Of a stretch of DNA of 37,776 nt, positions 33,482-37,776 are shown piece after piece. Position 1 is the stretch's first letter. The number at the start of each line of letters is the position of its first letter. Source of the DNA: an uncultured Bdellovibrionales bacterium (GTDB lineage: Bacteria; Patescibacteriota; Minisyncoccia; Moranbacterales; UBA2206); contig CAZMNQ010000003.1 of NCBI GenBank assembly GCA_964567695.1, forward strand, positions 1 through 37,776, given 5' to 3'. The notes beneath the pieces were generated by a model. It saw nothing but the letters and a program-made list of their open reading frames with translations, made no database searches and had not been told where the DNA came from. The position numbers and the translations under genes are program-made.

Positions 33482-34957
33482 ATGACAAAATACATTCCCG
33501 TCATTGGCATGGAAATCCATGTTGAACTGAAGACTAAATCAAAAATGTTTTGTAGTTGCAAAAATGGTTTGGGCATGGAGAAGGAACCTAATGTAAACAT
33601 TTGTCCGGTTTGTACGGCGCAACCGGGGACTTTGCCGGTGGCTAACAAACAGGCAATTGAGTTTGTGCAAAGAGCGGGCTTGGCGTTGAATTGTCAAATT
33701 GCTGAAAATTCCAAGTTTGATCGTAAAAACTATTTTTATCCGGATATCCCGAAAGGCTACCAGATTTCACAATATGATCAACCACTTTGCGAACACGGGA
33801 ATATCAAAATTGACGGTAAGAATGTGGGCATCACGCGCATTCACATGGAGGAAGACACGGGCAAATTAGTGCATCCGAAAGGCGCTGACCATTCCTTGAT
33901 CGATTTTAATCGTGCGGGTGTGCCTTTGATGGAATTGGTGACTGAGCCGGACATTGAGAGTGGCAAAGAGGCGCGGTTGTTTTGTCAGAAATTGCAGCAG
34001 ATTTTCCGTTATTTGGAAATTTCCGAAGCGGACATGGAAAAAGGGCATATGCGCTGTGAAGTCAACATTTCTCTGCACAAAGAAGGTGAGGAAAAGTTGA
34101 GTGGCACCAAAGCGGAAATTAAAAATCTGAATTCTTTTCGTGTGGTGGAAAAAGCGGTGGATTATGAGATTGTGCGCCAGACAGAAATTTTGGAGAAAGG
34201 TGAAAAAGTGGTGCAAGAAACCATGGGCTGGGATGAAGCGCATGGCATCACGGTGACGCAAAGAAAAAAAGAATCCGCGCATGACTATCGCTATTTTCCG
34301 GAACCGGACATTCCGCCGATGAAATTTACGCAGGATCATGTGGAAAATTTACGCCGACATTTGCCGGAGCTTCCAGATGCTAAATCTGCACGGTTTATGG
34401 AAGAATATGGTTTGTCTCCAGAAAATGTCAGCGTGATAACTGGCGAGCGGGATTTGGCTGAATATTTTGAGCAAGTTATTTCCGAACTGAAAGAAAAAAA
34501 ACAAAGCGGCGAGGTGGTTGCGGCCGAAGAAAAATTGGTCAAACTAGCGGCGAATTATATGGCGAGTGAATTGCAAAAACATTTTGTTAAAAATTTCCAG
34601 ACCATCAAGGATGTGAAAATCAGCGCGGAAAATTATGCTGAACTGATTGGCATTTTGGCTGATGGAAAAATAAATTCCAGCGCGGGTCAATTGGTCTTGA
34701 AAGAAATGTATGCCACGGGCGGCGATCCATCACAAATTATCGAAAGTAAAAATTTGGCGCAGATGAGTGATTCATCAGAATTGGAAAAAATTGTGGATGA
34801 AGTTATGTCCAAAAATCAAAAATCAGTAGCGGACTTTCACGCCGGCAAGGATAATGCTTTGCAATTTTTGATAGGACAAGTTATGGCTGCTTCAAAAGGC
34901 AAGGCGAATCCTAAAGTAGTAACCGATTTATTAAAAAGTAAATTAGAGAGTAGTTAG
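33482..34957 (+). CDS. gatB: Asp-tRNA(Asn)/Glu-tRNA(Gln) amidotransferase subunit B
   Basis: IGMEIHVELKTKSKMFCSC, CPVC.AQPGTLPV, MEEDTGK, DFNRAGVPLMELVTEPD, plus a C-terminal GatB/YqeY domain. Confidence 0.9.
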   Translation: MTKYIPVIGMEIHVELKTKSKMFCSCKNGLGMEKEPNVNICPVCTAQPGTLPVANKQAIEFVQRAGLALNCQIAENSKFDRKNYFYPDIPKGYQISQYDQPLCEHGNIKIDGKNVGITRIHMEEDTGKLVHPKGADHSLIDFNRAGVPLMELVTEPDIESGKEARLFCQKLQQIFRYLEISEADMEKGHMRCEVNISLHKEGEEKLSGTKAEIKNLNSFRVVEKAVDYEIVRQTEILEKGEKVVQETMGWDEAHGITVTQRKKESAHDYRYFPEPDIPPMKFTQDHVENLRRHLPELPDAKSARFMEEYGLSPENVSVITGERDLAEYFEQVISELKEKKQSGEVVAAEEKLVKLAANYMASELQKHFVKNFQTIKDVKISAENYAELIGILADGKINSSAGQLVLKEMYATGGDPSQIIESKNLAQMSDSSELEKIVDEVMSKNQKSVADFHAGKDNALQFLIGQVMAASKGKANPKVVTDLLKSKLESS

Positions 34958-35949
34958 TTTTTTATAAAAACTGAAACTTCTTTCTCCATATCCTTGTATT
35001 TTTTCAACCACTTTATGCGATGGTCTTTTTGAAACCAGGTCATTTGCCGTTTAGCATAGTCTTTTTCGGCTAAATAGACTCGTTCGTATAATTCTTCAAG
35101 AGTTATTTTTTCTTGCAGATATTCCGGTATCCAAAAATAGCCCAGTCCGAAGCTTTGAATTTTTTGAAAACTTAAGCCGGATTTTTTCAGTTTTTGTACC
35201 TCAGAAATCATGCCGGCCTGCCAGCGCGTATCGAGGCGTTTTTTGATTTTAGCGTGCAGTTTTTCTTTGGGAACGGAAATGCCGATTTGGAGAAACTCGT
35301 AACTCGTAACTTGTAATCCGTAACTCATGTCGGGAACTTTACCTAAAGTTTTGCAAATTTCAATGGCGCGAATGAGGCGCACTTTGTTTTTGGCATCGAT
35401 GTTTTCAGCGCGTCTAGGATCTAGTTTTTTTAATTCATGAATTAATTCAGTAATTTCTTTTTGCTCAAGTTTCTTGCGTAATTTCCAATCCGGCTTGACT
35501 TCTGGATAGGTTATATTATCCACAGCAGCTTTTATCCAAAAGCCGGTACCGCCACACAAGATGGGCAACTTTCCGCGTCTCAGAATGTCTTTAATAATTT
35601 TGTCTGCTTTCTTTTTAAATTGTGCTGCGCTGAAATTGGTTTTAGGACTGACAATGTCCAGCATATGATGCACGACGCCTTCGGAAATAAAAGGTTTTAT
35701 TTTTTTAAATTTAGTATTTTGAATTTGATTTGAAATTTGTCCGCCGCGGCGGATGAAATTTGAAATTTTATCTTGTGTCACTTTGCCCGTACCAACATCC
35801 ATGCCACGATAAATCTGGCGTGAATCAACCGAAACAACTTCGCCATCGAATTTCTGGGCAAGTTTAATCGCCACCGCTGATTTTCCAGCCGATGTAGGAC
35901 CTAATATCACGATAATTTTATTCAGTGGTAATTTATTGTATTTTGTCAT
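34954..35949 (-). CDS. miaA: tRNA dimethylallyltransferase
   Basis: ILGPTSAGKSAVAIKLA P-loop, SVDSRQIYRGMDVGTGK, HHMLDI, ILCGGTGFW, RLIRAIEI. Contains an in-frame repeat element at 35707-35769 and a heptamer microsatellite at 35296-35326. Confidence 0.9.
   Translation of the reverse strand: MTKYNKLPLNKIIVILGPTSAGKSAVAIKLAQKFDGEVVSVDSRQIYRGMDVGTGKVTQDKISNFIRRGGQISNQIQNTKFKKIKPFISEGVVHHMLDIVSPKTNFSAAQFKKKADKIIKDILRRGKLPILCGGTGFWIKAAVDNITYPEVKPDWKLRKKLEQKEITELIHELKKLDPRRAENIDAKNKVRLIRAIEICKTLGKVPDMSYGLQVTSYEFLQIGISVPKEKLHAKIKKRLDTRWQAGMISEVQKLKKSGLSFQKIQSFGLGYFWIPEYLQEKITLEELYERVYLAEKDYAKRQMTWFQKDHRIKWLKKYKDMEKEVSVFIKN
35296..35326. repeat. Heptamer microsatellite inside miaA
   Basis: CTCGTAA CTCGTAA CTTGTAA TCCGTAA CTC on the plus strand. 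Encodes YGLQVTSYEF on the coding (minus) strand. Confidence 0.6.
35707..35769 (-). repeat. Family P2 element (core 35740-35753) in frame inside miaA
   Basis: Coding strand reads AAAATTTCAAATTTCA-TCCGCCGCGGCGGA-CAAATTTCAAATCAAATTCAAAATACT. The 9-mer CAAATTTCA flanks the core on both sides. Encodes KISNFIRRGGQISNQIQNT. Confidence 0.8.
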
Positions 35950-36042
35950 ATATTTTTTTATACGCGTATTCGTTAGATGCTCAAATTTTTAATTTTTAAT
36001 TTTCAATTTTTAAACAAATCTCAATGATTAAATTTTTAAATA

Positions 36043-37494
36043 TTAAACGATTTCTCCTTCCAAATTCCAAATGCTAACTTTAGTAATTTTAACTTTTATA
36101 ATCTTGCCAATCAGAGATCCCTCGACAAGTTCGGGATGACAATCGTTACTGATTGTCATTTTGACATTTTTTCCGGTGCGGGTTTTGCCGAAATAAATAT
36201 GGTGCTTTCCTAGAGCTAAGCTCTTGGAATCCAAGAGCTTAGCTCTAGGAGAACTTTCCTTTTCGATCAGGATTTCGACAGTCGTGTTGAGGAATTTTTT
36301 GCTATTTTTCAGCGCGGTCTTTTTCAGGATTTCATTTAAAAATTGTTCGCGACGGGCTTTTTCGGTTTTGGAAACTGAGTCTTTCATATTCCAAGCCGGT
36401 GTGCCGGGGCGGGGGGAAAATTGGCCAAAGAAAACCATGTCGTAACCGACTTTTTCCATGATTTCCGCAGAGTCTAAAAATTGTTTTTTGGTTTCACTTG
36501 GGAAGCCGACAATGATATCGGAAGTGATGACGGCTGGCACGCCCGATTTATTTTTTTTGAAAGCGGCTTGAATTTTTTTAACTAAAATCAAATATTCTTG
36601 CGCGGTGTATTTGCGATTCATTTTTCTGAGGACTTCATCATTGCCAGCTTGGATGGGCAGATGAAAAGCTTCGCAAACTTTTTTGCATTTCGTTACTGTT
36701 TCAATCATTTCTGGCGACACATCTTTCGGGTGATTGCTGACAAAGCGAATCCAAAATTTTCCCGGGATGGCGTTGACTTTTTTTACGAGCTTAGAAAAAT
36801 TTATTTTGCCATCCGAGTATGAATTAACATTTTGTCCAAGCAAAGTTATTTCTTTGTAGCCTTTTTTCACTAGATTTTTTACTTCATAAATTATTTCTTC
36901 CGCCGGTCTGGAAACTTCCCGTCCACGAGCATAGGGCACGACGCAGTAGGCGCAGAAATTGTTGCAGCCGGTCATAATCGGCACAAAAGCTTGATATGCA
37001 TTTGTAAGTTTTGGTTTAATGGATAGATAAGAGATATTTTCTTTGCTTAGTTCGATATTTTTTTGTGCCGAAATTTTCAATTTACAATTTACAACCTTGC
37101 CTGCCGGCAGGCAGGTTTTCAATGAATTTTCAATGATAAAATTTTCAAACAGCTCAAAATTGTTAATAGGGGAAAATAAATCAACTTTATTTTTTAGTCT
37201 TCTTTGCACATCTTTGCGGTTGGCGAGACAACCAGTTAAAACAATCTTGATTTTTGGATTAGCCTTTTTGAGATTATGAACTTGTCCATAGACCCGATCT
37301 TCGGCCATTTGGCGCACCCCACAGGTGTTGAAAATGACCAAACCTGCCTTCGCTAAGGCTTCGGCAGGCAAGTCAGCATTTTCGTTCCTAGTAAGTGGTT
37401 CTAGTCCTTGTGATTCCAGAAAACTGGCAATCCGCTCACTGTCTGAATGGTTCATCTGGCAACCAAAAGTTTTGATAGAGTATGTTTTATTCAT
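36043..37494 (-). CDS. miaB: tRNA-i6A37 methylthiotransferase (radical SAM MTTase)
   Basis: TFGCQMNHSDSE and FNTCGVR (N-terminal cluster), GCNNFCAYCVVPYARGRE (radical SAM CxxxCxxC), C-terminal TRAM domain. Contains at least three palindromic in-frame inserts. Confidence 0.9.
   Translation of the reverse strand: MNKTYSIKTFGCQMNHSDSERIASFLESQGLEPLTRNENADLPAEALAKAGLVIFNTCGVRQMAEDRVYGQVHNLKKANPKIKIVLTGCLANRKDVQRRLKNKVDLFSPINNFELFENFIIENSLKTCLPAGKVVNCKLKISAQKNIELSKENISYLSIKPKLTNAYQAFVPIMTGCNNFCAYCVVPYARGREVSRPAEEIIYEVKNLVKKGYKEITLLGQNVNSYSDGKINFSKLVKKVNAIPGKFWIRFVSNHPKDVSPEMIETVTKCKKVCEAFHLPIQAGNDEVLRKMNRKYTAQEYLILVKKIQAAFKKNKSGVPAVITSDIIVGFPSETKKQFLDSAEIMEKVGYDMVFFGQFSPRPGTPAWNMKDSVSKTEKARREQFLNEILKKTALKNSKKFLNTTVEILIEKESSPRAKLLDSKSLALGKHHIYFGKTRTGKNVKMTISNDCHPELVEGSLIGKIIKVKITKVSIWNLEGEIV
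36116..36159 (-). repeat. Hairpin-containing in-frame insert in the miaB TRAM domain
   Basis: ATGACAATC-GTTACT-GATTGTCAT hairpin at 36136-36159, next to CCCTCGACAAGTTCGGG. Encodes TISNDCHPELVEGS between conserved V.M and LIGKIIKVKI. Confidence 0.55.
36208..36250. repeat. Near-perfect 41-43-nt palindrome in frame inside miaB
   Basis: CCTAGAGCTAAGCTCTTGGA-A-TCCAAGAGCTTAGCTCTAGG: 20 of 20 pairs around a single central base, and each arm is itself palindromic (AGAGCTAAGCTCT). Encodes SPRAKLLDSKSLALG. Confidence 0.75.
37072..37149 (-). repeat. Family P1 full-length element (core 37095-37115), 78 nt, in frame inside miaB
   Basis: Minus strand reads TTTGAAAATTTTATCATTGAAAATTCATTGAAAA-CCTGCCTGCCGGCAAGG-TTGTAAATTGTAAATTGAAAATT. 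It shares ATTGTAAATTGAAAATT and the left arm with the intergenic copy at 28393-28469. Encodes FENFIIENSLKTCLPAGKVVNCKLKI. Confidence 0.8.
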
Positions 37495-37776
37495 AGATAT
37501 TCACTTGCTCCGCCCCAATTCACTCACAAAATGTAGATTTGGTTATAACTTGAGCCGGAGGCGACTATGCAAGCAAAATTAACAGTTAATATGCAATTAA
37601 ACCTAGAATTGGGGCTGGGGTTTGACAGCCAAGTTTTTATGTAATAATGATGTGTCATAGTTTTTTGACAAATGAATAATTGACTATAGGGAAGTATATC
37701 AGTAATGGGGGAAAAATCCAACATCAAGTAGGGGGGGCAGAACATGTCAAAGAGGTATGTGTCAGAAATCGAGAGT

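Noticed and set aside
37524-37745. 73-aa minus-strand ORF upstream of miaB
   Set aside because: It has no recognisable domain and an odd composition. It overlaps a region rich in promoter-like boxes and G-runs, so it is more likely non-coding.
37744-37776. Possible plus-strand CDS start (MSKRYVSEIES...) running off the window
   Set aside because: Only 11 codons are visible, so it cannot be supported as a feature. It is mentioned in the findings instead.
1-37776. tRNA, rRNA, transposase, integrase, prophage or known defence-system genes
   Set aside because: I read the intergenic spacers for tRNA-like T-loop and acceptor patterns and the ORF translations for transposase, integrase, Cas or restriction-enzyme motifs. 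None was found. The repeat elements have no visible cognate enzyme within this window.

Overview
AT-rich, tightly packed, mostly plus-strand housekeeping segment. By inference it comes from an uncultivated, reduced-genome bacterium of the CPR/Patescibacteria type: almost no Shine-Dalgarno sequences, standard genetic code with TGA used as a stop, a fermentative lower-glycolysis set and peptidoglycan genes. Gene order is: tRNA-binding-domain ORF (3' end), pheS-like, valS, eno, DUF2339/DUF3999 membrane pair, gpmI, PfkB kinase, ADP-forming acetyl-CoA synthetase, atypical receiver/Zn-ribbon protein, recJ. A minus-strand dihydroorotate-dehydrogenase-like plus frameshifted dihydroorotase-like pair follows. 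Then come rnhA, a four-gene MacAB/YknXYZ-like efflux operon, a small membrane protein, a DsbA-like protein, a TrmH-family methyltransferase, HU, a KH protein, trmD, ftsW-murG-murC-murB, hpf, a secreted protein and gatB, and finally miaB-miaA on the minus strand. No rRNA, tRNA, CRISPR array, transposase or phage genes were recognised. The most unusual signal is not a gene cluster. Short selfish-looking repeat elements (GC-rich palindromic cores in a low-GC background, often flanked by AT-rich heptamer tracts) sit both between genes and in frame inside essential genes. The invaded genes are valS, eno, the acetyl-CoA synthetase, trmD, murC, miaA and miaB (three or four separate insertions). At least two sequence families recur with recognisable flanks. 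This resembles the situation established for Rickettsia palindromic elements. Other points: the PheRS gene has the mitochondrial-type monomeric architecture (catalytic core fused to an FDX-ACB domain); an SD-bearing pyrC/pyrD-like pair that looks more GC-rich than its flanks appears horizontally acquired and is decaying; the receiver domain lacks its phospho-acceptor Asp; and an uncharacterised DUF2339/DUF3999 module sits between eno and gpmI.
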